Shown: one piece after another, positions 27,894 to 40,400 of the stretch
Position numbering within the stretch: position 1 is the stretch's first letter
Layout: each line of letters begins with the position of its first letter
Assembly: GCA_023231475.1 (NCBI GenBank)
Contig: JALJEE010002539.1
Span: 1-64,000, forward strand
Direction of reading: 5' to 3'
Length of the DNA stretch: 64,000 nucleotides
Source of the DNA: Seison nebaliae
Lineage: Eukaryota
Translations under genes and position numbers: made by a program
Notes under the pieces: generated by a model
The model's database searches: none
What the model was told of the DNA's origin: nothing
The model's input: the letters and a program-made list of their open reading frames with translations, nothing else

Positions 27894-28541
27894 ATGAATT
27901 CATCTGGAAATACCGCCGTCATGGAACAAACTGCAGTTACTACCAATGGTACGAGTGAAGTGGTGAAAGCGAATGGATGTCCAGTTCAAGAGTCGGAGAC
28001 TGTTGCCGAGAAGAAGATTGTGAGTGAGGAGACGAATGGATCTGATGATAAATGTGAAAAAGAAGAGGAAGTGGAAGAAGTTCAAGTGAAAGAAGGAGAA
28101 GGAGATGGAGATGATGTAGAAAAAGAAGTAGAAAATGAGGATGAAGAAGAAGAAGAGGAGTCTGATGACGGTGAAGGTGGAGAAGATATCGATACCAAAT
28201 GTTTAGTCGTTGGTGATCTGATGGAAGATGATCATTGTGATAAGAGTTTTGTTTTAGTTGACGGGGAAGAGGACGAAGAAGATGAGGAAGATGAAATGAC
28301 AACTGAAACAGATGATAAATCAGAAAATGCACATGATGTCAGTAATTTAAGTGCTGAGATTGATGATCTTCATGAAGACGCAGGTGATTCATTGAAGAGT
28401 ATCAATGGTCGTAAACGACGTAAACCGATGGATAACGGAACTAACGGCAATGACGTTAGTTCGACAAACGGAACAGCACAATTAATGATAACGGAGAACG
28501 GAAATGGTGACGTGCTCGACGCAAAGAAAGCGAAAGTATAA
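27894..28541 (+). CDS. Intronless highly acidic disordered protein with C-terminal NLS (prothymosin/parathymosin-like)
   Basis: 215 aa with E/D-rich tracts and a single aromatic residue. Basic motifs RKRRKP and terminal DAKKAKV. Confidence 0.8.
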   Translation: MNSSGNTAVMEQTAVTTNGTSEVVKANGCPVQESETVAEKKIVSEETNGSDDKCEKEEEVEEVQVKEGEGDGDDVEKEVENEDEEEEEESDDGEGGEDIDTKCLVVGDLMEDDHCDKSFVLVDGEEDEEDEEDEMTTETDDKSENAHDVSNLSAEIDDLHEDAGDSLKSINGRKRRKPMDNGTNGNDVSSTNGTAQLMITENGNGDVLDAKKAKV

Positions 28542-29367
28542 ACGAAATTCATTTTGTCGATTCTACAAAAAATTTCCATCAAACTTTTTTTTAGAGGAAC
28601 ATAGAAAAATATAAACAACTCATTTTTCTTTCCATTTCTTATCATCTTATTCCTTTCTCTACATTTTAATTATGAATTCTTATCTCCAGATGATTCTTCA
28701 CATCAATTCCATCATCTAGCATATCTGGAGGAAATCGACGGGGAAAAGATCAACAACAATATTTTCCTGTAGATTTCCATACGAAAAAAATTTTATTCAA
28801 AATACATTTTTTTATTTTATAAATATTTCTTTCTATTCTCATTATATTCAACACACACCAATTTTTTTGTTGAAAGTTTTTTTCGTGTTCGAATTTTTTT
28901 TTACAAATCTCAAACATTTTCTTTGTTATTTTTATTGAACTCATGAGTCCTTAAGAATGCTCAACGACAAACACAATTTGCTGATATACGCCAGCTTCTA
29001 TGACGACAACAGCGCAATATTTTCACTAATTATCGCTCCTCTCCTAATAAGTTTCAAATTTCAATTTTAAATTAGAATATATCAAAAACCTTTTATAAAC
29101 TTCACAATAAATTTTTTTAAAATTTCACAATAAATTTTTTTAAACTAAATTTCAGTGTCTCTTTTCCGAACGTTTTGGAAGAAAAATAAAGTTTTTATTA
29201 ATTAAAATTGTTCATTTGAATCGTGGACGGTATTTTTGGTGGTATGGTCGAAGAAGATTTTTGTTTCGTTAAAATGTAGGAATTTGAAGGGAAATTGAAA
29301 ATAATTTTTCGGAAAAAATGTTTTGGAAGCACGCGGGGATTCTACTATAAAATGATATTGTTGTCGA

Positions 29368-30651
29368 TTAGAACGGATATTCGTACGGATGACATTCGTT
29401 CATCCACTCGGAGACATTTTTATAAACTTTTTGTTCGACAGTCGGTGACGCTAATAATGTTTGACACAATCGACATAATTGTTTTCCCCAACTAATTGGA
29501 CGACTAACATAATGAATTCTCCACTCATGAAACGACCGATATAAAGTGATGTTTGATGAGACTTTTGAGAGAAAAGAGGCCAATTCTTTCGTACTATAGA
29601 AATCGTCCAAATGAATGAAAGAATTAGGAGGAGCGATTTTCTCATAAGACGATTTTTTCGGACCTTTAACAATGGGAATCAGATAGTTTTGGAAAGAATT
29701 CACCCATAACTTCTCAGTCACATAATCTTCACATTGAGAGTTCTCTAATGCCAAATAGAATTTGTACGTGTTCTTCTGAATATTTTTGGTATAGGACTGT
29801 TGAAAGCAACGACCAAATGAATGAACATCAAAATATCGTTTAAGTTCATTAATATAATTAATTCGTGGACTTTTGCAATTCGACATCATCACTAAGCCAT
29901 TATTAATTCTTTGTTTAAATTGTTGAGATAATGTCCGTTCGAATGTCTTGTCAATTTCTTCTCTTTCCTTATACTCACCATACGTGGCGATAACGTCGCT
30001 CCGACGTGAATAAGTCATGGTGAAATTGAAGGTGTTGGGTGGTAGTGAATGAATTTTCCCCCATTTCAATGGAGACTCCACTCTCCATAATGTCCAAATT
30101 TGGTTGGGACGTCGTTTCGGCCACCAGAAATCTTTCTGATGTAAATCGTGGAAAACGATGACGTCGGCCTCTTCCTCCAGCGTCCGATTATTAGCGAAGA
30201 AACAATTCTTGTTACAATTATCATCCCGCCAGAAATCTCTGAGAATTGTTCCACCAAATCGTGTGGTCCACATGAGAATGGATATGGGTAAATTGATTCG
30301 CACATTCTTCCCGAATCTTATCAAATGTTCTTCATTCTTCCACAAATTATCGTTCAAAATTGTACGACCGACATTTTCACGATTCGTCTGTTTTGGTGTG
30401 GTGGGTGATGGTGTCGTTAATTCGGTTAATTCGTTTACTGACTGTTTATTGTTGAGGAGTGTATTGGGAGATGTTGTTGTGGTGGTCATACAACTGTCTT
30501 CACAAATGAAATATTTGGGAATATTAGAAATGCGGAATTTATCATATCTCATGGACAATATCGATAATTGTAATAAAGAAAATATTATGAGAATTAATGA
30601 AATGACAAAATATCGTTTATTCGTCTTCCGACGGAAGAATATGGACGACAT
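29368..30651 (-). CDS. Alpha-1,3-fucosyltransferase (GT10), intronless type II membrane protein
   Basis: N-terminal TM helix and Thr-rich stem; ADVIVFH, ESP, FNFTMTYSRRSDVIATYG, and the alpha-1,3-FucT motif YKFYLALENSQCEDYVTEKLW; PPNSFIHLDDF. Confidence 0.95.
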   Translation of the reverse strand: MSSIFFRRKTNKRYFVISLILIIFSLLQLSILSMRYDKFRISNIPKYFICEDSCMTTTTTSPNTLLNNKQSVNELTELTTPSPTTPKQTNRENVGRTILNDNLWKNEEHLIRFGKNVRINLPISILMWTTRFGGTILRDFWRDDNCNKNCFFANNRTLEEEADVIVFHDLHQKDFWWPKRRPNQIWTLWRVESPLKWGKIHSLPPNTFNFTMTYSRRSDVIATYGEYKEREEIDKTFERTLSQQFKQRINNGLVMMSNCKSPRINYINELKRYFDVHSFGRCFQQSYTKNIQKNTYKFYLALENSQCEDYVTEKLWVNSFQNYLIPIVKGPKKSSYEKIAPPNSFIHLDDFYSTKELASFLSKVSSNITLYRSFHEWRIHYVSRPISWGKQLCRLCQTLLASPTVEQKVYKNVSEWMNECHPYEYPF

Positions 30652-31593
30652 GCTTTTCTTTCACCGCAATGAGAAGTTCTATTTGTTTCTTATTGTGTTG
30701 TATTAGACCAATTGTGATAGCCGATGATACATGTGAATAAATGACGTGGAAGAATCAAAATAGGAAATAATGAGGCGAAAATTATTGAAGTGGCAATACC
30801 ATTCAGTCAGAACGTAGTTCGTATATGAGGGTGGAATTTTCCATCATCATCATCATCATCATCATGCATTATATGAAAAATAGACGGAACATGTATTGTG
30901 TGGAAGCACAAAAGTTTTATCTTTAACCATTCAATTTTTAGAGGTTGTAGAGTGTGGTGTATGTAGAATTAAAATATTTTTATAGATTTGCTCTTATTCG
31001 AATGACGAGACGTGGAATATGCAACAGACACTCAGAAGTAATGCAATTGTGTAAGTAAGGAATGATGTATATGTGTATAGTGCGGGGAGTTATGTATATG
31101 GAGATTCGTATGTCGATACTTTGAAGCATATTCATTCAATAAGAATTATCGTTGTTTATTATTATTATTAAAATTATCTTACCTTCCGAGAAGAGAATAT
31201 TAATTGTTGAAAAGAGATAGTTAAACATCATTTCTACCCACCACTACCACCGCCATTATCTATTGAGAATAATGGGAATTTTTAATGTTCCTTATCAGAA
31301 ATCGGTATGACTACGAGGAATGTATGGGTGAATCTGTCATGAAAATTATTCTCCATGTCCTCTAAAATTCAATATAAATTTATATATACTCTATTCTACG
31401 CATATATATCGTATATATATATACGGAAATCAAATTCGAGTTCAACATATCCTACTTACATTAGTTCAATCCGATCGCCAGTCTTGTTTCTTTAATATTT
31501 GTCATTTTCCAGTAGAAAAACTGATTGTTTTTCGGTGAAGGAGGAAATTTTATTGTTCCTATTAAAAAATCGATTTTTTCCCATACATTTCTT

Positions 31594-33473
31594 TCAATCC
31601 AAAGCATAGTTTTGATGTTTCTTCCAAAATTTGGTAATTTTCCCAATTTTTTTGAAGGACACTCTATTCTCACTTTCTTGAATACGAGTTGGTAAGCTTA
31701 AGCCCCGAGTTTCCGGTAATAAGAGACTATACGCTCCACAAACCAATGTTAATCCACCGAAAACTAAGAAAGGCAAGTCAGCCCACCATAAATCACCGAG
31801 AAGTACAATTTGTGGCGACAACATTGAGCCAACACGTGCCCAAACCGATGCTATTCCCATGACGGTACCACGAACGCATGTTGGGAACATTTCGGCGGTA
31901 ATGATGTAAACTATAGCGAAACCCATTGACGCACCCAATTTACCAATCATAGCTAAAGCAATGACTGCTTTCTGTGTTCCTAAACGTAGTACGAACAATG
32001 AAAATTAAAGGTAATTCGAAATAACCAGGGTTATGTTCACGTTTTTCCAATGGGAAGAAGATTGGTGAGAGACATGCCAAGCCACTTAGTATGAGGGAGA
32101 AGGACATGGGCCATCGACGTCCTATATACACGACAGTGATGTTTGCTATCACATAACCAGATATTTCGGCGATAGTTGAGTATAAAAAATTTACATATGG
32201 ACTCCCTTCCAGTTTATCAGTACTGAGACCTAAACCATAAAAAACCATCGACACAATGAACCACATAAAGAAGACGTTGGTGTACAGGAATAACATTTTT
32301 GGCCTTTTGAATGTTGAAATGAAGGGAACTTCTTCCTATGTACAAAATAGTAAAACTTTTCAATTGTACAAAATTTACTAACGACTTTTTCTTCAGATTC
32401 AGGAACAGCTCCCAACTTTTCTACTTCCTCTATCGTCAATTTTGTTTCATAGCCGTTCTTTTTACACAAATCTTCCAATATTACTCTCGCTTCTTCATAT
32501 CTTCCTTTCGCCACCAACCAACGAGGTGATTCTTTCAATAATAAGAAGTACATGAACGTCGGTACTACTAATATCATAGTTGTCCATTGGAATTTTGGGA
32601 TGCTCTTCATAATATACGCGAACATTAACATTAACAGTTCGGCTATCGAGTAAAAATATTGACAAAAAGTACCGATCGTTTCTCGATGATGAGGAAGTAC
32701 AATTTCAGATCCTGTTCATGATGTTGAAAAGTTAAAAGCGGGAAAGGCTAACCTAATACAAAGATAGTTACAAAGATCATGGTTAACGTGCCGAAATTGA
32801 ATCGTCCTACAGTATAACAAGTATATTGGAAAATAAAGTTGGTATGTTCATTATTTGACACTTTTAGGGTTGAAGTTGATGCTATAAATATAACATTTAG
32901 GAAATACAATATTGCTACAGTCAGGATAGTTTTCTTTCTACCGAAACTAAAAAAATTGAATGAAGAACATGAAAAGAAGAAAATTAACTGATCAGCCACA
33001 ACTCCCAAAACGAATGAGCCAATTAGGACACCTGCAAAATATATGGTGGTAATTAGGCTCTTATAAAAAGCATGATTACAAACAGTATCCCACTAGATTA
33101 GAGCAAGAACATTATAAAGAACCTTTAAATATCTAACTCGTATGACCAGACTGTCTTTTATATATTCGTCATCATAAATAAATTTTGAACATTTCGTTGA
33201 TGTGTTTGCCACCTCATCGATAATTTCACATTTCTTGTAAATGAAAGTGGTGTCATTGATATTCACATCATACGGCGGTTTGGTGTACATTGTATCTGAT
33301 GGTGCTCGACAACGAAATAGAGGTGTGGGTACTTCAAATACCGATTCAAATGTGATATATCCAGTGGCCATAGCAGTTAGGAGAACTAAGGCGATTTGGC
33401 CGTATTGGTAACGACCGAGACCGCCATGTTTTTTTAAAAATTCATCAAATGGACTGAGATCTTCGGTAGACAT
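31594..33473 (-). CDS. SLC22 organic cation/anion transporter (MFS), at least 6 exons; exact C-terminus uncertain
   Basis: GGLGRYQ, WDTVC, DHFGRK, ESPRWL, GRRWPM, AEMFPTCVRGT, LPETRG. Five GTT...AG introns restore the frame; a further 3' intron may exist. Confidence 0.92.
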
Positions 33474-35239
33474 TTTTTACAGATTGAAATTATTGTTCTT
33501 GAAATATGGATATTGTTTATTATTTAATAATCTCTTCACGCATAATAAGTGTTGAATGTTAAGTTGTTGTGAAAGTGAATCGTTCAATTTTTCTCGACAA
33601 TACAGATGATATTCTATGAATGAAAAAGAAGACAGAAAGATAGTTTTAGATTAAAAAGAGTTTTCTTTACAAAATAACATATATCCTAATCGTATGGTTG
33701 ACTAGATATGAGAATAGTTTAATTTCCTCTGTTTTCATTTCGTTCGTCAACTAGACGTTTCTTTCCGCCGTTTTCCCGCACTAACGAATTTGTTATGTGA
33801 ACGATCAATTCATCCTAAGCAAGAACCACTCCGTTTTTACTTGTTTTTTTTTCACTTTTTCATACATCCCAATCAAGTCTCAAATAACTGAACTTTTGTC
33901 CTGAATTTAATGGAAAAAAAAAATTGGACGAGATGAGAAATCGCATAAAATAAACAAACAAAATTTATCACAACTCTCTTTCATAAAATACTCAGTCGAA
34001 TAGTTAATTAGCAAGGATGCGCTAGCTATAACGTAATTTCACTTATTGTTATTCATAATTCAACTAGAATGATATGGATAGGAACCTGAAAACGAACTTA
34101 ATGTGTAAACACCTTCTCTTATTTTTCCTCGACTTTGATCTCTTGTTATAATTCCATTATAACATGCTTATTATTATATTTATAATTAATATACGTCTTC
34201 TTTCTCTGAACTCAACTATTCGATAGTGAAGAAAATGATTTGAACAAATTAAAAATAAAGGGAGTTATAAATTTTCTTCTCTTTCTTAATTTCAGTAATT
34301 GATTTTTGCGATGTCATTATGGAAATGTAATCACATTTCACATGGAATCCTGTACAACTGGAAGATTCGCTCATAGATTGAAATGAACAAACGTTTTTAA
34401 TTTTTTAGAAATATCCCTTCGAATTCTTTCATTTAAATTAAGTACATTGGCAGGTGTATGGGTGTAGGAGATATTTTATTATCTTTTCTAATAGATGACT
34501 GTCCAGAATCTAGGGAAAACAAATGACCTTTTCCCATTTTTCCCAACAAATCAAGTTAGGTGTCTTTTTTCCGTCACCCTACTCAATGAAAAGTGGAATC
34601 TGGTATTGAAAAAAACTTTTTACCAAACATATAAGAAAGCGAAGTGGAGAATTTATTAACAGAAAACTGTCATATATTTCTTTGAGTTACAATTATTTAA
34701 AGAGTATGTTTTTTCATCAATTCTGCCATCTGGAACGAATTGTCAATTTTATATTTTATTATTTATATAGAAGATAATTGACTGATGTATATATGTAATT
34801 TTACTTAACTTCTCTCCTTTTTTTATCCACAAATAATATTTGCTTTCTTGTCAAAACGTTCTATCACGTCAATCATCGATATTTCATGAAACAAGCGTAG
34901 TTTTCATTTATGGCAATGATAATCGAACAATTATTTCCCTTCTAATAGAATAGATAATCGAACTAATAGAAGGCTTCTATTCCTTCAACAATATTTGCAG
35001 AGAGTCAACTAGACAAATTAATTAATTATTCATCTACTAAATTCTATGGGATCGTTTCCTCCAAATTAACTAATGAATTTTCAGAGAAATTTTCTTAGGA
35101 CTTTAATTGGATTGGGGGACAGTTCTACTTCCTTACGAGTTCTACTCCCTGGAAAAGGAAAAACGGACAGATCTACTCCTTTTAGACCAGAAAGTTTTAC
35201 TCCTTTTTCGAAAAATTCGAAATCTTTCAAAATATCGAT

Positions 35240-36290
35240 TTTTTTCTTTTTTTTCTTTTTTTTCTTCTCGCCTTTGAGAAACAAATTGTACTGCAAATTT
35301 TCATATTTGAAAACTTTGATCAATGCGTTTTCAAATGGAATTAGATATCGGAAGCCGTTATTTTTCCCTTCAACCAAGTTGTTCGTTCTTGGTAAATAGT
35401 TCATAGTAAGAGAAAAATTATTCCACAAAACTGACGGAAACCCAGCATCATCGGCTACGTAGTTTTCTTCGAAAAATTTATATATTTCCTTTGCACTATC
35501 TGTGCAAGAAGTTTTCGTTCATTGAAAAATTGTTTTAATATGTTGAGGAGAACAAAATGACAAATATTGTAATTTTTTGATTTCGAATCTGAAATCATTT
35601 TCTTTAAGATATTTAGTATTCAATCCCAAATTTGCCACTTTTCTTGTTAGGATTTGTGACAGGTGGAAATAGTACCCATGTATTTGAGTTGACGGGAATA
35701 CGTGCTCTATTGCACTTATAGCACCAATTTCGAAATCCAGAGTAAATGATTCGGGAATAATTTTGAATTTTTGTTGTAAGAGAATGAATATTTCTACATA
35801 GGTATATTTTTTCGGTTCTTCATTAGAACTATGAATGGAGTAATCAGTCTGTCGTTCAATAACACGCCGACCACATACATCTGATGGAAATCAGATGGGC
35901 ATTTTAAATTCAAGATTTCTTAAATGTCCCATCGACGAAGAAATGTTTATGTTGGAGATGTTCTTCGTCTATCTCATTCAAAAAAAACAAAAAATTATCA
36001 TGACGATATGGGCGAGCATTTCGATTTTCAGAACTCTGTCTTCTGAAATTACTGACATTACCATCCGAAGGACAACTTATAAGAGTTATTTCTTACAACT
36101 TTCAATTCTCTGAAACGTAATATTTCTAGGAATTCGAGTTCTGAGGACTCACTGATTACAATTTGTTGTTCGATTTGTTGAGAACAGTTACCAGAAATTG
36201 CATGATTTTCGACAGCAGCTTCTTCCTCCTCGATTTCTAATAGTTCTTTATCCGTTAAAGAATCATTGCGTAATTCATTCCTAAGAGAGT
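35240..36290 (-). mobile_element. Decayed Mutator/MULE-type transposase
   Basis: Minus-strand DFEIGAISAIEHVFPSTQIHGYYFHLSQ (~35656-35738) matches the MULE core D-FE...A...FP...GC.FH..Q. Downstream FPSVLWN and PRTNNLVEGKNN (~35358-35393) match the RTNN.EG.HN block. Stops and frameshifts are present. Confidence 0.85.
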
Positions 36291-36330
36291 TTGGGATTAA
36301 ATGAGATTAGCGTGACAGTAAAAACTTAAT

Positions 36331-36510
36331 AGTTTAAACCATTTAGTTTAAACTACAATATTGAGTTCCCAATAAAAGTTTAAACTTAGTTTAAACTAAA
36401 ATAAGTGACGTCAAAATAGTTTAAACTAAAATGACCAAAGAGAAAATAGTTTAAACGAAGTTAAAACTTAAACGATCAAACTCAAAATAGTTCAAACTGC
36501 TTTTGAACTA
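36331..36510. repeat. Array of AGTTTAAAC motifs, probable sub-terminal repeats of the MULE-like element
   Basis: Perfect copies at 36331, 36345, 36377, 36388, 36418 and 36448; degenerate copies at ~36459 and ~36489. Confidence 0.85.
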
Positions 36511-36669
36511 AAAGAACTTAAATCGAAGTGTTTTGAATAATATCATGACAGATGACGAGACAAAAATCGACCAAAAAGAATAATAAATGGAAGAAATAAA
36601 AATGGAACAAACTGCGACTTGGTCTTTCCTTTACTTCGTTTCCCTTCGCGAAGTAGGAGTATGTATAGC

Positions 36670-36848
36670 TCGCGAAGGGAAAATGTCTGGAATTTTTCAT
36701 TTATTAAAAGGGAGACGAATAAATTAATTTCCCTTCGCCCTTCGTATCCCCATCACTACTCGCGAAGGGAAAATGTCTGGAATTTTTCATTTATTAAAAG
36801 GGAGACGAAGAAATTAATTTCCCTTCGCCCTTCGTATCCTCATCACTA
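36670..36848. repeat. Near-perfect 90-bp tandem duplication with internal 11-bp inverted repeats
   Basis: Units start at 36670 and 36760. Each contains GCGAAGGGAAA...TTTCCCTTCGC; an extra TTTCCCTTCGCG lies at 36639-36650. Confidence 0.92.
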
Positions 36849-36883
36849 TAATATATATCTGTATCGTATATTTATTAACATTC

Positions 36884-37402
36884 GCGACAACAACAAAAAC
36901 CACAACAACGACTACGACGACAACAACGACCACTATGACGCCAACTTTTGCAGAAAATGTCAGAGCATTTGACTATGTTATTGATGGGTGTGGTGAACAG
37001 ACAGCAGAATATTTCGAAATAGCCGAAAATGGTGATCTCCCTTCTACACTATCACGAACTTAACAATGTATTTTATTGCAGCGGTCTCTGAACTGGTTTT
37101 GGTAAACGTTGGTTATCTGGTATTATTTCATTGTTAGAGATTGTTTACTTAATTTGGTGTTCTCATTTATATTTAAAATAGATACTCAGAAAACTGTCGA
37201 AATAACAACGACATTTACAGTGTCTCAAATAGGAAATAAGTACCTCTTTTCGACAACGGATATCTTTTACTCTATCACTACATGCCTTGCATCAAATGAA
37301 TGCTTCCTCTTTTATTCGAATCCCCGTAGACAGATTACACTTTCCAAAGGCACATCCGACCCAAACAATTGTAATCTCCTATCGGTTTCTGTATACAGTT
37401 AA
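36884..37402 (+). pseudogene. Possible gene fragment: poly-Thr linker followed by a small globular segment, frameshifted
   Basis: ATTTKTTTTTTTTTTTTMTPTFAENVRAFDYVIDGCGEQ, then a frameshift near 37040, a GTT...TAG intron-like segment (~37112-37181) and a coding-like final exon to 37402. No start or signal peptide is visible. Confidence 0.35.
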
Positions 37403-40400
37403 ATCGGACCATCTTTTCTCGACCGTCTACTAAACATTTACCATTTTATATAATTCTCTTTTCGAATTACATCCAATTTAAAACAAATTATCGTTAATTT
37501 TTTTCCTCATATTCAATTGTTTAATCTCTCTTCAATTTCACACCAACTTGTTAGTTCAAATCGTCTCTAATCGAAATGCAACTAAAATATCATTAAACGA
37601 ATTATCAGCAATAACTTTCTTTATAATTTTAAAATTAAAATAAATTTCAGTTTATTGGAAAGTAATCAAAATAATAAAAGTTAAAAGAATTTGATAAGTT
37701 TGCAAAATAATAGTTTGCCATAGAAATTGAATGAAAGTTTTTCAAAAGATTTTATTTTTCTTTTTTTGAAATTCCACATGTGTCTAACGAGTAGACGTCA
37801 GTGTCGGAGTAGGGTTTTATTCAATAAACGTTAAAAAATCTAACAAAATTTGTGTTCGGAAATATCGAACTTTCTTAAAACATTAATTGAACGATTGTTC
37901 ATTCCTTTATAAAAACTCATTAAAATTTTGGCTTTATAATAAAAATTTTACAACAAACCCTAATTTTTTAATGTGGCTAAAAGTACCGAACCAGTTTCTA
38001 TTGTAAATTCTCTTTCCAACGGCAACAACTGGCTCTTTTCGGAGTGACTTCTTCTTTGGGCACACTTTTCTTCCACAACGATTCCTCAACACAGTTTCTC
38101 ACGTCCTTCTATTCCGAATTTCTCCTCCAATTATCATCAAAAAACTCGGGCGACTCTGTCTCTTAGAAAGTTTCGTATCGATCCCTCTCTTTCTAACTCC
38201 ATTTCTGTTCATTCAACGTTCTTTTTTGTTCATTGACCGCGCATATAATCGTCTTATAAGGAGACTAGTTTGCTGTTTTCATTGATGCAATCGTTCTCTC
38301 TTTTTCGCAACAGTTGGTCTCCTTCCCTTACCTATTCTCTTCTTTCGTCGAGTCTTTACACTTATTGACAAGATCACTGAATCGAACTTCCATATTTCAC
38401 AAATTCCGAACATAGACATCCTAAATAATCGATCGGTATTTTCGCATACCGTTCGTTATTACGGGTTATCGCGTGAGATTCAAATTGAGGATTTTAGAGA
38501 TTTCACTTTTTCCTATGATCCCGCAGCTTCTATGCCAATCGATATGGATTCTCTCGCTGAATTAATCAATATCGGCGAAGATCAAATTTTTTTCTTCATT
38601 TTTTTCTGATTTATCCCGAGGGAAATTTAATCAATAAATAATAAACGATATTTCCTTAAGTATTATAATAAAAATTCCAAACTTAATTGTTGTCTTTCGC
38701 TAATAACAATTTATAGTTTATGGAAGACACCAATTTTATAAAATATTCACTCCAAAATTTATTCCACAACATAAAAATAAGTTATGAGAACCGATATTCC
38801 TTTTCATTCTTCATCAAATAATTTTAAACGATAATGTTTCTCCCACAAAATCTTGAGATTTTCCAATATTTCCTAACCGATTCCGATTACTCGATCGTAG
38901 TTATTAGTAGTAACTAACAAAACGTACGTAAGATCTAAGACTAATTGTAAATTTAAATTGATGTTAATAAACATTTTCGTATTTGCTAAAAAGAAACGTT
39001 TATACTTCAAATTGACTGCAGTGGAAGAAACGTAGATTTTCGTCCATTTCATTAATCGATAGTGGTCGCTGAATAACATTTTGAAGTTATGGCAACAGAG
39101 AACAATCAGCTTTCCTCACGACCAAATTCCAGACAATCAAATTAGTTCAGTGGAAGGGAAAACTATTTATTCATTTCAGGAAGATATGAGGCAATTAGAA
39201 TAATGAAATTCGCTTTAATTAGTTTCCAACATTTTCATTCCTAGTAAGACATTCGTTGAATTCCGAAGAAATTTCACAACCATCATGACGGAAAATGAAA
39301 TGAGCTTCTCATTCGATTGTCGAATAGTTCCCAAACAATTACTTTGAACTCGTCCTTCTTTTTCCTCCTGAATAATATTTAGCAACGACATTGAAGAATT
39401 ATTCGTATTTATCGATGAACAAATGAATAGTTAACGATTTTCGTTCGATGCTAATTCAATTTTTGAGAAATACGAATTCATCAATATCAGATGAAAGGAG
39501 AATTAGAAGAATTTACATTTTTTATCAAGATCCTCTAATACAATCTAGTCATTCATTTAATTAGTTTTTTTCCCATATCTATTCGTCAGCTCGACTTTTC
39601 ATTTTGTCGTGAGCACTCATGAGACATGGGAAGGCGATATGCAAAACTTTCTCTCCTCTCATAATTTTGTTTCGTCCAGCTAATTAATTTATCTCATTTC
39701 GTTTTTTGGTGGCGGAATATTATTATTCGCACTGCAATTTCCATGATGAGACATTGATGATGTCAATTGAATGAATAAGTCAACGAAAAATAAAATGTAG
39801 AAATTGTCGTTGAAGTTGGGGAAGAATGATGTATGTTTAAAGGAAATTTGGTGTTTTATTCCTTCTTTTCTTCCTGTTACGATATGTCATCATTCCATTG
39901 AGTTCATTCTTCTGAATAAATTGAAGTTTAATATGTAATATTTATAATTAAGTATAATCTCATTATCTGATTCGATTCATATCAGAAATCAATTCTGTCT
40001 GCTCAATATGTCTATTGTCCATTCAGTTGAATGATACGGAGAATATTGAGAAGAGAAAGAATTCAGGATAATTTGATGATATTTTAGTGATAAATATTCG
40101 AAATTTATTAGAAAAAACATTTTTGTTATTGTTCACTTTCTCAAATAAGTAGAGATGTCTGAGATATGGAACGCATCTGCTAATTTTCATTAGTACTAAG
40201 GAGGAATTATCATTTCGATTAGATATTGTCAAACAATAATTATATCCAGCTAAAATTTCTCATTTAATTTCCGAAAAATGGAATTGATTGCCAGATATAA
40301 TTATTAGGTTCATTTTGAAAATAAATGTCCTAAAAATGATAATTGTAAATGTTCAGAAGGAAGGAGAAATTTTTCCTTGTTATTCAATGACAGGCATAAA

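Noticed and set aside
29368..30651. Horizontal transfer of the intronless fucosyltransferase
   Set aside because: Type II membrane topology and motifs fit animal GT10 enzymes, which are often single-exon.
35073..35428. Overlapping ORFs 35073-35399 (+) and 35081-35428 (-) as genes
   Set aside because: They run through the MULE remnant, a poly-T/A tract and the motif array; only the PRTNN part is transposase-derived.
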